The notes under the pieces were generated by a model. The model saw only the letters and a program-made list of their open reading frames with translations. It was not told where the DNA came from and did no database searches. 63,212 nt of DNA from a bacterium. Its GTDB lineage: Bacteria > Patescibacteriota > Minisyncoccia > Minisyncoccales > JAGGXC01. The number at the start of each line of letters is the position of its first letter. Position 1 is the stretch's first letter. Shown piece by piece: positions 17,947 through 27,059 of the stretch. The DNA lies in NCBI GenBank assembly GCA_021163265.1, contig JAGGXC010000022.1, positions 1 to 63,212 of the forward strand, given 5' to 3'. Both the position numbers and the translations under genes were made by a program.

Positions 17947-19131
17947 TCAATTAGTAAGATTTTCAAGAACTTCTATTGCTTTGTCAAGCTGAGGATCTTT
18001 GTCGTTTTGACGATCCTCTTTTGTCATTTTTACCTCTATATCAGGATCAAGACCAACCCCAGAAATTGACTCTTTTTTGGGAGTAAGCCACTTGGCCACA
18101 GTAATCTTCAAGCTAGAGCCATCACTAAGCTTTACAGTTTCTTGAACAGATCCTTTTCCAAAAGACTTTTCTCCTATTAAGAGTACTCCCCGATTATCTC
18201 GCAAAGCAGCGGCTAATATTTCTGCGCCGGAAGCTGTTCCTTTATTAATTAAAACTACTACAGGATAATCAGAAAATATACCAGGACCTTTTGATCTATA
18301 TTCTTCTGACGGTTGTTTCCCCCCAAAATCTTCAATAGCTACAAGTTCTCCTTCTCTAAGGAATATTCCAGCAATAAGACGCGCAACCTCTAAATATCCT
18401 CCGGGATTATTTCTTAAATCTAAAATTATCTTCTTGGCAGGACTTTTTAAAATTTCTTTTGCTACATTATTAAAATCGTAACTTGCTGGTTGATTAAAAT
18501 TGTTAAGTTTAATATAAGCTATATCACCTTCTTTTATTTCCCATTCTACAGAAGGGATTTTTATTGTACTTCTGGTAATAATAAAATCGCGAGGTTCTTC
18601 CCATCCTTCTCGCAAAATTGTTAAAGTCACTTGTGTTCCCTCAGGTCCTCTTATCAACTTAACAGCTTCATCAAGAGAAATATGTAAAGAAGGCTTACCA
18701 TCAATCTTCACTATCTTATCTCCTGCCAATATGCCTGCTTTTTCTGCTGGTGTTCCTTTTAAAGGAGTAATCACTTGTAATTCTCCTTTTACTATACCTA
18801 TTTCCATTCCTACACCCTGAAACCTTCCAGAAAGATCTTCAGAAAATATTTCTGAATCTCGTGGTTCAAAAAATACTGTAAATGGATCATCCAAACTCTC
18901 TAACATTCCAGAAATTGCTCCATAGGTCATCTTTTTTGTATCTAATTTTTGAGGATCAACAAATTTCTCATGAACCTTCTCCCATGCTTCCCAAAACAAA
19001 GAAAAATCTACATTTTCTGGAGGACAAATTTTACAATGGATAGAAGACCTTCCCAGTAAAAACCCACTTCCGAAACTCGCGATCACAAACAAGACTACTA
19101 TAATAAAAAGAAAAATTTTGTATTTTTTCAT
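17947..19131 (-). CDS. ctpA: Carboxy-terminal processing protease (S41, PDZ-containing)
   Basis: Signal anchor, PDZ (GDKIVKIDG), S41 motifs (TASGAEI, GKGSVQ). Start set at 19131 because the tracked N-terminus overlaps tRNA-Lys. Confidence 0.88.
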   Translation of the reverse strand: MKKYKIFLFIIVVLFVIASFGSGFLLGRSSIHCKICPPENVDFSLFWEAWEKVHEKFVDPQKLDTKKMTYGAISGMLESLDDPFTVFFEPRDSEIFSEDLSGRFQGVGMEIGIVKGELQVITPLKGTPAEKAGILAGDKIVKIDGKPSLHISLDEAVKLIRGPEGTQVTLTILREGWEEPRDFIITRSTIKIPSVEWEIKEGDIAYIKLNNFNQPASYDFNNVAKEILKSPAKKIILDLRNNPGGYLEVARLIAGIFLREGELVAIEDFGGKQPSEEYRSKGPGIFSDYPVVVLINKGTASGAEILAAALRDNRGVLLIGEKSFGKGSVQETVKLSDGSSLKITVAKWLTPKKESISGVGLDPDIEVKMTKEDRQNDKDPQLDKAIEVLENLTN

Positions 19132-19184
19132 ATTAGTTTTATATAACAGATTTTTAAAAGATAGTCCATAGACAAAAATAAAAG

Positions 19185-19257
19185 TGCCTCCGGGAGGACT
19201 CGAACCTCCAACCATCGGCTTAAAAGGCCGCTACTCTACCAGTTGAGTTACGGAGGC
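19185..19257 (-). tRNA. tRNA-Lys (anticodon UUU)
   Basis: Manual cloverleaf: acceptor GCCTCCG/CGGAGGC, anticodon loop CTTTTAA, T-arm GGAGG-TTCGAGT-CCTCC. No encoded CCA. Confidence 0.88.
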
Positions 19258-19294
19258 AATTATTCTTTATTTATAACATAAAAATAAACTAAGA

Positions 19295-19969
19295 TCAATC
19301 TTTTTTCCAGAGTTTTTTAAATTTCTGAATTGAAAGAGCGCTTTTTTTGTCAAAATTTCCTATTCTTGTTCTCTCTAAATCATAAACGTAAGCGCCGGTA
19401 CCTAGTTTTTCTCCTATATCGCGAGCTAAAGACCTAATATAAGTACCAGGACCACAAATTATTCTTAGTACCACGTATGGCCAAGAATATTTTATCAAAT
19501 CAATTCTTTTTATATAAACTTTTTGAGAAGATAATTGAACTTGCTTTCCTGCTCGTGCTATCTGATAAGCACGAATACCTGAAACTTTCTTTGCCGAGAA
19601 CTGGGGAGGTTTTTGATAAATATATCCTATGAAAAGTTTAAGCGTCTCAAGAATATCCTTTCGGGATGGAATTTTCTTTACTTGTACTTTCTCCTTCTTA
19701 CCTTCTCTATCATCGGTAGTGCTCCTCCAACCTAATTTTATCTTAGCTATATACTCTTTTTCTTCGGAAACAAATAAAGACAAATTTTTGGTAGCTGTTC
19801 TTCCAACACCAATCACAAGAATGCCTTTTGCCAAAGGATCAAGAGTTCCCGCATGGCCTACTTTTTTCTCGCCGGTAATCCGACGAATTTCTCTTACTAC
19901 TTCAAAAGAAGTTTTTCCTTTTTCTTTATAAACAGGAAATATTCCATACCTTAGATTCTGCTGTTGCAT
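19295..19969 (-). CDS. truB: tRNA pseudouridine-55 synthase (short, no PUA domain)
   Basis: Catalytic motif GHAGTLDPLAKGIL. Confidence 0.9.
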   Translation of the reverse strand: MQQQNLRYGIFPVYKEKGKTSFEVVREIRRITGEKKVGHAGTLDPLAKGILVIGVGRTATKNLSLFVSEEKEYIAKIKLGWRSTTDDREGKKEKVQVKKIPSRKDILETLKLFIGYIYQKPPQFSAKKVSGIRAYQIARAGKQVQLSSQKVYIKRIDLIKYSWPYVVLRIICGPGTYIRSLARDIGEKLGTGAYVYDLERTRIGNFDKKSALSIQKFKKLWKKD

Positions 19970-19999
19970 AACCAGTTAAATGTGTGATAAAATATAACA

Positions 20000-20224
20000 A
20001 TGAATCTGTTTAAGTTGAATCTTCTCTCGTTGATTCTTCTAGGAATAATCCTGGGTGTTTATCTCTGGTATACTTTTGCTATTATTTACCACCTAGTAAG
20101 ATTTGGGGTCGGAACAAAACCAAAAAAAACTGCCTTAATTTTCTTTGTAGGGTCTTTTATTCTTTTCGCTCTTGCAATTATTGCCTTTCTTAAAATTAAC
20201 TGGACAAATATTTTCGGAATCTAG
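20000..20224 (+). CDS. Small 2-TM membrane protein
   Basis: 74-aa hydrophobic ORF directly abutting the next gene. Confidence 0.5.
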   Translation: MNLFKLNLLSLILLGIILGVYLWYTFAIIYHLVRFGVGTKPKKTALIFFVGSFILFALAIIAFLKINWTNIFGI

Positions 20225-20752
20225 ATGATGTCTATTTTTAGTTTCTCAAAAAACAGTTTCGAAGGTCAGCTGCCTGATGAGAAAACATTACTGGTAGTCC
20301 GAAAACACTGGATTTTTATTTTTATACCATTAGTCTTTATACTTTTACTAATGTCTGGAATAATTGCATCAGGAATAGTGTTAAGTTCCTTCTCTTGGTG
20401 GAAGAGCTTATCTTCTCTCTATATATTTTTAAGCCTCATTCTTTTTCTCATCTTATGGAACCTTCTTTTTTATGGAATTATGATTTACTCACTCAATACC
20501 GTGATTATTACAAACAAAAGAATAATAGAAAACCAACAACTCGGTCTCTTTAAACATGTAATTAAAGAAATTGAATTAAAAAACATCCAAGATATCTCAA
20601 TAGAAATTCTGGGAGTTTTTGCTCAATTTCTAAATTACGGGAATATAGAAATACAAAGCGCCGGTGCAATAGCCAAGTTTAACTTTACCCGACTTCCTAA
20701 TCCTCAAAAAATCAAAAATATTATCGTGAAAGCAAGACAAGCAATTCTCTAA
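20225..20752 (+). CDS. Membrane protein with bacterial PH (YdbS/YdbT-like) domain
   Basis: Two TM helices then a bPH-like segment (ITNKRIIE...GNIEIQSAG). Confidence 0.6.
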   Translation: MMSIFSFSKNSFEGQLPDEKTLLVVRKHWIFIFIPLVFILLLMSGIIASGIVLSSFSWWKSLSSLYIFLSLILFLILWNLLFYGIMIYSLNTVIITNKRIIENQQLGLFKHVIKEIELKNIQDISIEILGVFAQFLNYGNIEIQSAGAIAKFNFTRLPNPQKIKNIIVKARQAIL

Positions 20753-20754
20753 AA

Positions 20755-21852
20755 TTATATTCCTTCTTTTCTAAGCTTCTCTAAAAGCTCTTTTTGTTTC
20801 TTTGTTAACCCACGAGGAACTTTAATGGTGATCTTCACATAAAGATTTCCTCGTCCTATTCCTCCAAAATGTGGAATTCCCTTTCTTGAAATTCTAAACA
20901 CCTTTCCTGATTGAGTTCCACTAGGAATATTTAAAAGAATCTTCTTGCCATCAAGAAGAGGAACCTCTACCTCTCCTCCTAATACAGCTAAAGAAAACGG
21001 AATCTCGATATCAACATAAAGATCGTCTCCTTTTCTTTCGAATATAGGATGTTTTCTTACTAAAATACGAATATAAAGATCACCAGGCTCTCCTCCTTTT
21101 TTTCCTGCATCACCTTTTCCTTTTATCTTCAATACCTGGTTGGAATCAACACCTTTAGGAATAACTATAGAAATTTTTTCCTCTCCTATGATTCTCCCAT
21201 TGCCTTTACATACATTACAAGGTTTTTCAGGACGAGAACCTTCTCCTCCACATTCTGGACAAACTATATAACGAGTAACCGTTCCAAAGAAGGTTCTTTT
21301 GATCTCCTGAACTTGTCCGGTACCTCGACAAGAAAAACACTCTTTTATTTTTGTCCCTGGTTCTCCACCGCTGCCGTGACAACGTGGACAAACAATATAT
21401 TTTCTCAGAAGAATCTCTTTCTTTTGATCACTTAAAGTATCTTCTAATGATATCTCTAAATCCACCTGAATATCCTTTCCGCGACGCAAATCCTTTTTTC
21501 TTGCAGAAAATCCCCCTCCAAAAAACTCTTCAAAAACATCACCTAAGTCGCTAAATTCAAAATCAAAACCTGGTGTTTCTTTCTGCCATCTAGAAAAGTC
21601 AAAGTTAAAATCAAATCCGTCACTAGCTTTCCCAAAACCACCTCCTCCCTCAAAAACTCTTCCAAATCTATCATATTGAGCTCTTTTTTCTTTATCAGAA
21701 AGAACCTGATAAGCTTCGTTTATTTCTTTAAATTTTTTTTCGTCTCCTCCTTTATCAGGATGATATTTATGAGCTAAACGACGGTAAGCTTTCTTAATTT
21801 CCTCTTGTGAGGCATTCCGCGAGACACCTAAAATTTTGTAATAGTCTTTCAT
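20755..21852 (-). CDS. dnaJ: Chaperone DnaJ
   Basis: J domain with HPD, G/F region, four CxxCxGxG zinc repeats. Confidence 0.95.
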   Translation of the reverse strand: MKDYYKILGVSRNASQEEIKKAYRRLAHKYHPDKGGDEKKFKEINEAYQVLSDKEKRAQYDRFGRVFEGGGGFGKASDGFDFNFDFSRWQKETPGFDFEFSDLGDVFEEFFGGGFSARKKDLRRGKDIQVDLEISLEDTLSDQKKEILLRKYIVCPRCHGSGGEPGTKIKECFSCRGTGQVQEIKRTFFGTVTRYIVCPECGGEGSRPEKPCNVCKGNGRIIGEEKISIVIPKGVDSNQVLKIKGKGDAGKKGGEPGDLYIRILVRKHPIFERKGDDLYVDIEIPFSLAVLGGEVEVPLLDGKKILLNIPSGTQSGKVFRISRKGIPHFGGIGRGNLYVKITIKVPRGLTKKQKELLEKLRKEGI

Positions 21853-21874
21853 ATTTTAATAATATGTGTTATCT

Positions 21875-23767
21875 TTATTTTTCCTTATACTCCCCTTCTT
21901 GAGCATCATCTTGACCCGAATCTTCTTTATCTCCTTTATCTGATTGACCTGTACTTTTCTCCTGGGCTTTTTTATAAAGCTCTGTTCCTACTTTCTGAAG
22001 CGTTTGAGAAAGGTCCGAAGTCTTCTGTTTTATTTCTTCTTTATCATCTCCTTCTTTTACCTTCTTAAGCTCGGTAATTTTCTCTTCGATTTCTTTTTTC
22101 AAATCATCCGAGATTTTATCAGCATTATCTCTCAAAGTCTTCTCACTTGCATAAATTAAGCTATCGGCTTTATTCTTAAGTTCAATTAATTCTTGTTTCT
22201 TTCTATCCTCTTCGGCATGTAACTCTGCTTCCTTTTTCATTCTTTCAATCTCTTCCTCAGAAACTCCACAAGAACCTTCTATCCTAATAGACTGCTCTTT
22301 TCCAGTAGCTTTATCTTTTGCTGAAACCTTCAAAATTCCGTTGGCATCAATATCGAAAGTTACCTCAATTTGAGGAACGCCTCGAGGAGCAGGAGGAATC
22401 CCATCTAAAATAAACCTTCCGAGAGTCTTATTATCAGCAGCCATTGGACGCTCTCCTTGAAGAACATGAATTTCAACAGATGTTTGATTATCAGCAGCTG
22501 TAGAAAAAATCTGAGTTTTTGAAGTAGGTATGGTAGTATTCTTGGGAATCAAAATAGTGTTCACCCCTCCCAGAGTTTCAATTCCCAAAGAAAGAGGAGT
22601 AACGTCTAAAAGCAAAACATCCTTTACCTCTCCTTGAAGAATTCCTCCTTCTATCGCAGCTCCAATAGCTACTACCTCATCGGGATTAATCTCCTGACAA
22701 GGATCCTTTCCAAATAATTTCTTAATCTCTTCTTTAATTTTAGGAGTTCTTGTCTGACCTCCTACCAATACCACTTCTTCAATATCTTTTGGCTCTAATT
22801 TAGCTTCTTTTAATGTTTGCTTCACTAATTCAATAGATCTATCAATATATTCTTTGACTAGATTCTCAAACTGGGCACGAGTCAATTTATAATATAAGTG
22901 TTTAGGTCCGGAAGCATCAGATGTAATGAAAGGCAAGTTAATCTCGGTTTCTAAAGTAGTTGAGAGCTCGATTTTTGCCTTTTCTGCAGCTTCCTTAAGA
23001 CGCTGAAGTGCTAAATTATCTTTAGATAAATCAACCCCTTGATCTTTTTTAAATTGTTCTACTAACCAATCCATTATTTTCTGATCGAAATCATCTCCTC
23101 CCAAATGAGTATCTCCTCCCGTAGCTTTTACTTCTACCGTATCTTCCCCCACATCCAAGATAGAGATATCAAACGTCCCACCTCCAAAATCATAAACCAC
23201 AATTTGTTGATTTTTCTTCTTAGTTAATCCATAAGCCAAAGCAGCTGCAGTTGGCTCGTTTATAACTCTACGAACTTTAAAACCAGCAATCTCTCCTGCT
23301 ACTTTTGTTGCTTTCCGTTGTGAGTCATCAAAATAAGCAGGGCACGTAATAATTGCTTCCTCAATCTTCTCTCCTAATTTTTCTTCTGCGTCCCGCTTCA
23401 ACTTCTGCAAAATCATTGCAGAAATTTCAACAGGCTTATACCACTTTTCTCCCATCTTTACTTCAACCCCTCCATCTGAAGATTCTCTGATTTCATAAGG
23501 TAGAAGCTTCTTATCCCTCTGAACTTCTGGATCGTTATATCTTCTTCCTATTAATCGCTTTATAGAAAAAATAGTATTCTTGGGATTAGTAATTTGTTGA
23601 CGTCTGGCTGTAACTCCAACTAATATCTCTCCACTTTTGGATAAAGCCACAACTGAAGGAGTAGTTCTGGCTCCTTCTTTATTCTCAATAATCCGAGGTT
23701 CTCCTCCTTCAACTACAGCCATTGCCGAAAAAGTTGTACCTAAATCAATTCCTAATATTTTCCCCAT
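21875..23767 (-). CDS. dnaK: Chaperone DnaK (Hsp70)
   Basis: [15 protein letters not shown] and other Hsp70 signatures. Confidence 0.97.
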   Translation of the reverse strand: MGKILGIDLGTTFSAMAVVEGGEPRIIENKEGARTTPSVVALSKSGEILVGVTARRQQITNPKNTIFSIKRLIGRRYNDPEVQRDKKLLPYEIRESSDGGVEVKMGEKWYKPVEISAMILQKLKRDAEEKLGEKIEEAIITCPAYFDDSQRKATKVAGEIAGFKVRRVINEPTAAALAYGLTKKKNQQIVVYDFGGGTFDISILDVGEDTVEVKATGGDTHLGGDDFDQKIMDWLVEQFKKDQGVDLSKDNLALQRLKEAAEKAKIELSTTLETEINLPFITSDASGPKHLYYKLTRAQFENLVKEYIDRSIELVKQTLKEAKLEPKDIEEVVLVGGQTRTPKIKEEIKKLFGKDPCQEINPDEVVAIGAAIEGGILQGEVKDVLLLDVTPLSLGIETLGGVNTILIPKNTTIPTSKTQIFSTAADNQTSVEIHVLQGERPMAADNKTLGRFILDGIPPAPRGVPQIEVTFDIDANGILKVSAKDKATGKEQSIRIEGSCGVSEEEIERMKKEAELHAEEDRKKQELIELKNKADSLIYASEKTLRDNADKISDDLKKEIEEKITELKKVKEGDDKEEIKQKTSDLSQTLQKVGTELYKKAQEKSTGQSDKGDKEDSGQDDAQEGEYKEK

Positions 23768-23844
23768 AGTTTTTATTAGAAGTTAATTTTAATAATTAAT
23801 AATGTTAACTTTAATAATTAATATAATTAATTAGAGAACAAATC

Positions 23845-23879
23845 CTGCCGCCTATATCTCTAGTAGATATAGTCGGCAG
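23845..23879 (-). terminator. Strong intercistronic hairpin between hsp20 and dnaK (terminator or processing site)
   Basis: 14 of 15 bp stem, ctgccgcctatatct / agatatagtcggcag. The tail is only moderately U-rich. Confidence 0.45.
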
Positions 23880-23892
23880 AACCCACTCTCTA

Positions 23893-24306
23893 TTACTTCT
23901 TAATTTTAACTTTGATCTTCTTAGTTTCTTTCTTTTCAGATTTCTTAAGTTTCGGAATAGTAACAGTAAGAATACCATCAGAATACTCAGCTTCTGCTTT
24001 TTCATCCATCACTTCCACCGGTAAAGGAACTGATCTCTGGAAGTAACCTCTAGAAATTTCCTTACGGTAATAGCCTTTTTTCTTCTCTTCTTTTTTTGTT
24101 TCTGTTTGAGCTTCTACTTTTAAAATATTATCTTTTACTTCTACTTCTATATTTTTTGGATCAACACCAGGCAATTCAACCTCGGCTACAACATTATCCC
24201 CTTTCTCATATATATCCATTTTAGGAGTTTTTACCGCCGGCCATTGCTCTTCTTCGAACCATTTCTCAATTTCCCAGAAAGGATGACGATATGGAATCAG
24301 AGACAT
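23893..24306 (-). CDS. Small heat-shock protein (Hsp20 / alpha-crystallin)
   Basis: Alpha-crystallin domain pattern (DIYEKGDNVVAEVELPGV...GILTVTIPK). Confidence 0.9.
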   Translation of the reverse strand: MSLIPYRHPFWEIEKWFEEEQWPAVKTPKMDIYEKGDNVVAEVELPGVDPKNIEVEVKDNILKVEAQTETKKEEKKKGYYRKEISRGYFQRSVPLPVEVMDEKAEAEYSDGILTVTIPKLKKSEKKETKKIKVKIKK

Positions 24307-24361
24307 ATTATTTTAAGTTTTTATTTAATATTATTATATTCAAAAATGCCGACCTTTGTTG

Positions 24362-24874
24362 TTATTTTGAAACTTTAACTTTTGCAGGACGTAAGAGTTT
24401 ATCTTCTAAGATATAACCTTTCTGAATTTCCTCAACCACTATACCGGGTTCTTTATCTTTTGTTTCTATCTCCTCCACTACCTCATGAAAATTAGGGTCA
24501 AATTTCTTTCCTACTGCTTCTACTTTTCTTACTCCTTGACTCTTCAAAAAATCCCATAACTGAATTTTAATCTGAAATATTCCTTTAAAATACTGATCTT
24601 CCTTTAGTTTTTCTGGTATTTCTTCTTCTGCTTTTTCAAAATTATCTAACACAGGAAGTATCTTTAAAATAAATTCCTCGTTCGCGTATTTTATAATACT
24701 CTTCATTCTTTCGGATTCTTCTTTTTTATAGTTAAGAAAATTAGCTCTTTCTCTTTGCCATCCTCTCAAGAATTCTTCCTTTTCTTTAAGACATATCTCA
24801 AGATCCTTCTTGATCTGTTCAATATCAGATTTTTGCTCTTTTTGCTCTTTTTGTTCTTTTTGTTCTTCTTTCAT
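24362..24874 (-). CDS. grpE: Nucleotide exchange factor GrpE
   Basis: GrpE coiled coil plus C-terminal beta domain (FDPNFHEVV...RPAKVKV). Confidence 0.92.
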   Translation of the reverse strand: MKEEQKEQKEQKEQKSDIEQIKKDLEICLKEKEEFLRGWQRERANFLNYKKEESERMKSIIKYANEEFILKILPVLDNFEKAEEEIPEKLKEDQYFKGIFQIKIQLWDFLKSQGVRKVEAVGKKFDPNFHEVVEEIETKDKEPGIVVEEIQKGYILEDKLLRPAKVKVSK

Positions 24875-24885
24875 TTTTTTTGCAC

Positions 24886-25614
24886 TTATCCTTGATATAA
24901 GAAGTGAGTTAAAAAGTTTATAAGGGATATATTCCTATTATAATTCATTCTTTTTGGTCCTAAAATAGCTAATATTCCTCTACAACCCAATTCGGGACAG
25001 ATAAATCCGGCAGTAATAATACTAAATTCATTACTTCTGCTTAACGGATTTTCTCTACCAATATACACTCTAGTTTCTTGATAATTCTCTGGCAAAATAT
25101 CTTTTATGTGTTTTTCGAATTCTTCTATCATTCTGATAAAATCAGAAGTGGTTTCCATTTCTTGAAATTCTGGCTTAGATAAAACATCCTTCCATCCTTC
25201 TTTCCAAAAAATATCTTCTTCTAATAAATAACTCATTCCTAAATTAGTGGAGTTTTCGGCAATAACCCGGCTAGCCGCCTGAACCAATTTAATAGAATTT
25301 TTCATCTCTTCCCTAACTTCTTCTATAATCTTTTTCTTTTTTTCTTCTACAAAATCTCTATATCCTTTCTTAAGTAGCTTATCCACAAAAAAGCGATAAC
25401 CCTTATCAGTAGGAATTCGTCCTGCTGAAGTATGAGGTTGATAAAGATAACCTTGATCAGCTAATCTCTGCATCTCTATCCTCATCGTGGCAGGTGAAAT
25501 GCCAAAGTCATATTTCTCACAAAGAAATTTAGAGCTCACAGGCGAAGCAGAACGAATATGTTCTTTTACTATTCTCTCCAATATTTTTTCTTGTCGCTGA
25601 GTCAGAGTCATCAT
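24886..25614 (-). CDS. hrcA: Heat-inducible repressor HrcA (short form, 242 aa)
   Basis: N-terminal wHTH (LTQRQEKILERIV...SPATMRIEM). First gene of the chaperone operon, with CIRCE immediately upstream. Confidence 0.85.
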   Translation of the reverse strand: MMTLTQRQEKILERIVKEHIRSASPVSSKFLCEKYDFGISPATMRIEMQRLADQGYLYQPHTSAGRIPTDKGYRFFVDKLLKKGYRDFVEEKKKKIIEEVREEMKNSIKLVQAASRVIAENSTNLGMSYLLEEDIFWKEGWKDVLSKPEFQEMETTSDFIRMIEEFEKHIKDILPENYQETRVYIGRENPLSRSNEFSIITAGFICPELGCRGILAILGPKRMNYNRNISLINFLTHFLYQG

Positions 25615-25629
25615 CTTTTATTTTAAAAA

Positions 25630-25656
25630 TTATCACTCTATTGTCAAGAGTGCTAA
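25630..25656 (-). promoter_or_regulatory. CIRCE operator (HrcA binding site)
   Basis: TTATCACTC-N9-GAGTGCTAA versus consensus TTAGCACTC-N9-GAGTGCTAA; 16 nt upstream of the hrcA start. Confidence 0.85.
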
Positions 25657-25667
25657 TTTTATAGATA

Positions 25668-25693
25668 TAAAATAAAAGTCCTATAAGAGGACT
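25668..25693 (-). terminator. Rho-independent terminator of the nucleotidyltransferase gene
   Basis: agtcct/aggact stem (25677-25682 / 25688-25693) followed on the minus strand by a U-rich tail. Confidence 0.55.
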
Positions 25694-25723
25694 ATAAAAA
25701 AAAGAAAGAAAAAGGAGGAAGAA

Positions 25724-26908
25724 CTATAGAAGAAGAACGCTCTGTTGAACAAGCTGATGTTGAAGAGAGTTTGAGCGCGGAAAGGAAATAAGAGAACTTG
25801 GATCTCTGCACCAATCTCCCGTTCTGAATATCTCGTTACACTGAAATTCTCCTCTTTTCTCTACATAATCGCAATAAAGACATTTGTTTATTCTACATCT
25901 TCGTTCACAACCATTACACTGTATCACTGAAAACTTATGTAAGCATCGTTTCATCCTTTTTTTTCTCTCTTCTCTATCTTTCTGTTTTTTCTTTCTCTCG
26001 TGTAAAGTTTTCTCTATCATCTGAAATAACGACACATTCTCCTCAAACAGAAATTCTTCCTGGTTTTGAAGTGCATCTAATAGTTCCTGTTCTTTAGCAA
26101 AGATCTCAAATGACTCTAGATCTGTAAAACCAAGATATCTTAAAGCTCTCATCCACCTCTTTTTAATTTGTGGCGAAGAATTTCTATATTGATTAACTAT
26201 TACTCGTGAATATCTGCCCAAACTAGCCCCTTCCACAGTGTTTCGTCTCTCTATTTCTTTAAGATGAACTTCGATCATCCACTTAGGTAACCATATCCTT
26301 CCCACTTTTTTCTCAACCCAGAACTTTAGCAACCGATAAAAACCATAGTTTGTGGGAATCATTCTACCTGCATCGTAACGGATGGTCTTCCAACCGCCGG
26401 AAGTCAGCATTCCAATACTACAAAGCAAATCTCGCCAGCAGCGCTTTGAGAAATAAGCAGTCCAATAATTACTCTCTGGAATAAGCACAACTTCATTGAT
26501 AGTAAGATCTCTTGTGCGTAAAATCTTCGTCAAAGTTTTCTGTTTATATTCCGGTCGTAGCAAACTCCCTCTTACTGGCTCAATATCTCTTCCATCAAAA
26601 CGAATCCCTTCAGAAATAAACTCTGAGAGAACTTCTCTTAATATCTCCTCTCTTTGAATTAAATACTCTTTACTTCTTGCTAAGCTTTGAGAATGCAACA
26701 CAATTACATCGATGTCGCTTAAATCCTTCTCGATCTCCAGCCTTTTCTCATTAATTCTTTTTCTTCCCTGCTTCATATAGTAAAGAAGGACTGTACGTGC
26801 TACACCTCCTTTAATTGCTAAATTTTTCTCTTTAATTAATGCATCAAGAATCGCTTTTATTTTGTCGGGTAAAATATCTTCTTTAATAACCGCCCTTTCT
26901 ATCTTCAT
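25724..26908 (-). CDS. Divergent Pol-beta-superfamily nucleotidyltransferase (CCA-adding/poly(A) polymerase-like head) with Cys-rich C-terminus
   Basis: IKGGVAR ... DIDVIV ... RDLTINE resembles class II tRNA nucleotidyltransferase motifs A and B. Lys/Arg-rich linker, then 8 Cys in about 50 aa. Confidence 0.55.
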   Translation of the reverse strand: MKIERAVIKEDILPDKIKAILDALIKEKNLAIKGGVARTVLLYYMKQGRKRINEKRLEIEKDLSDIDVIVLHSQSLARSKEYLIQREEILREVLSEFISEGIRFDGRDIEPVRGSLLRPEYKQKTLTKILRTRDLTINEVVLIPESNYWTAYFSKRCWRDLLCSIGMLTSGGWKTIRYDAGRMIPTNYGFYRLLKFWVEKKVGRIWLPKWMIEVHLKEIERRNTVEGASLGRYSRVIVNQYRNSSPQIKKRWMRALRYLGFTDLESFEIFAKEQELLDALQNQEEFLFEENVSLFQMIEKTLHERKKKQKDREERKKRMKRCLHKFSVIQCNGCERRCRINKCLYCDYVEKRGEFQCNEIFRTGDWCRDPSSLISFPRSNSLQHQLVQQSVLLL

Positions 26909-26996
26909 CTACTTCCTCCTCCTATTTCATTAGCTTGTTCCATCTTTAACTACCACCTCCTTTTTTAAGTTTAAAGGAACAAACTTTATATTCGAA

Positions 26997-27025
26997 ATTA
27001 TAACAGAAAAATTTCTTTCTGTCAA
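26997..27025 (-). promoter_or_regulatory. Perfect consensus promoter TTGACA-17-TATAAT
   Basis: Minus strand: TTGACA (27025-27020), 17 nt, TATAAT (27002-26997). About 85 nt 5' UTR ending in AGGAGG before the ATG at 26908. Confidence 0.7.
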
Positions 27026-27059
27026 CAAAAACAGGGAACGCTTAAATTAACAAAATATT

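Noticed and set aside
19132-19215. N-terminal extension of the CtpA ORF (MVGGSSPPGG...)
   Set aside because: It overlaps tRNA-Lys (19185..19257). The ATG at 19131 gives a normal signal-anchor N-terminus.
24826-24874. Short tandem 9-nt repeats at the grpE 5' end (KEQKEQKEQK)
   Set aside because: This is coding low-complexity repeat within grpE, not a CRISPR or regulatory array. No CRISPR-like repeat-spacer structure was seen anywhere in the window.
26909-26943. 12-codon upstream ORF (MEQANEIGGGSR) whose TGA overlaps the ATG of the nucleotidyltransferase gene
   Set aside because: Its Gly codons are simply the AGGAGGAGG Shine-Dalgarno of the main ORF, and its own ribosome-binding spacing is poor. 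It is probably coincidental.
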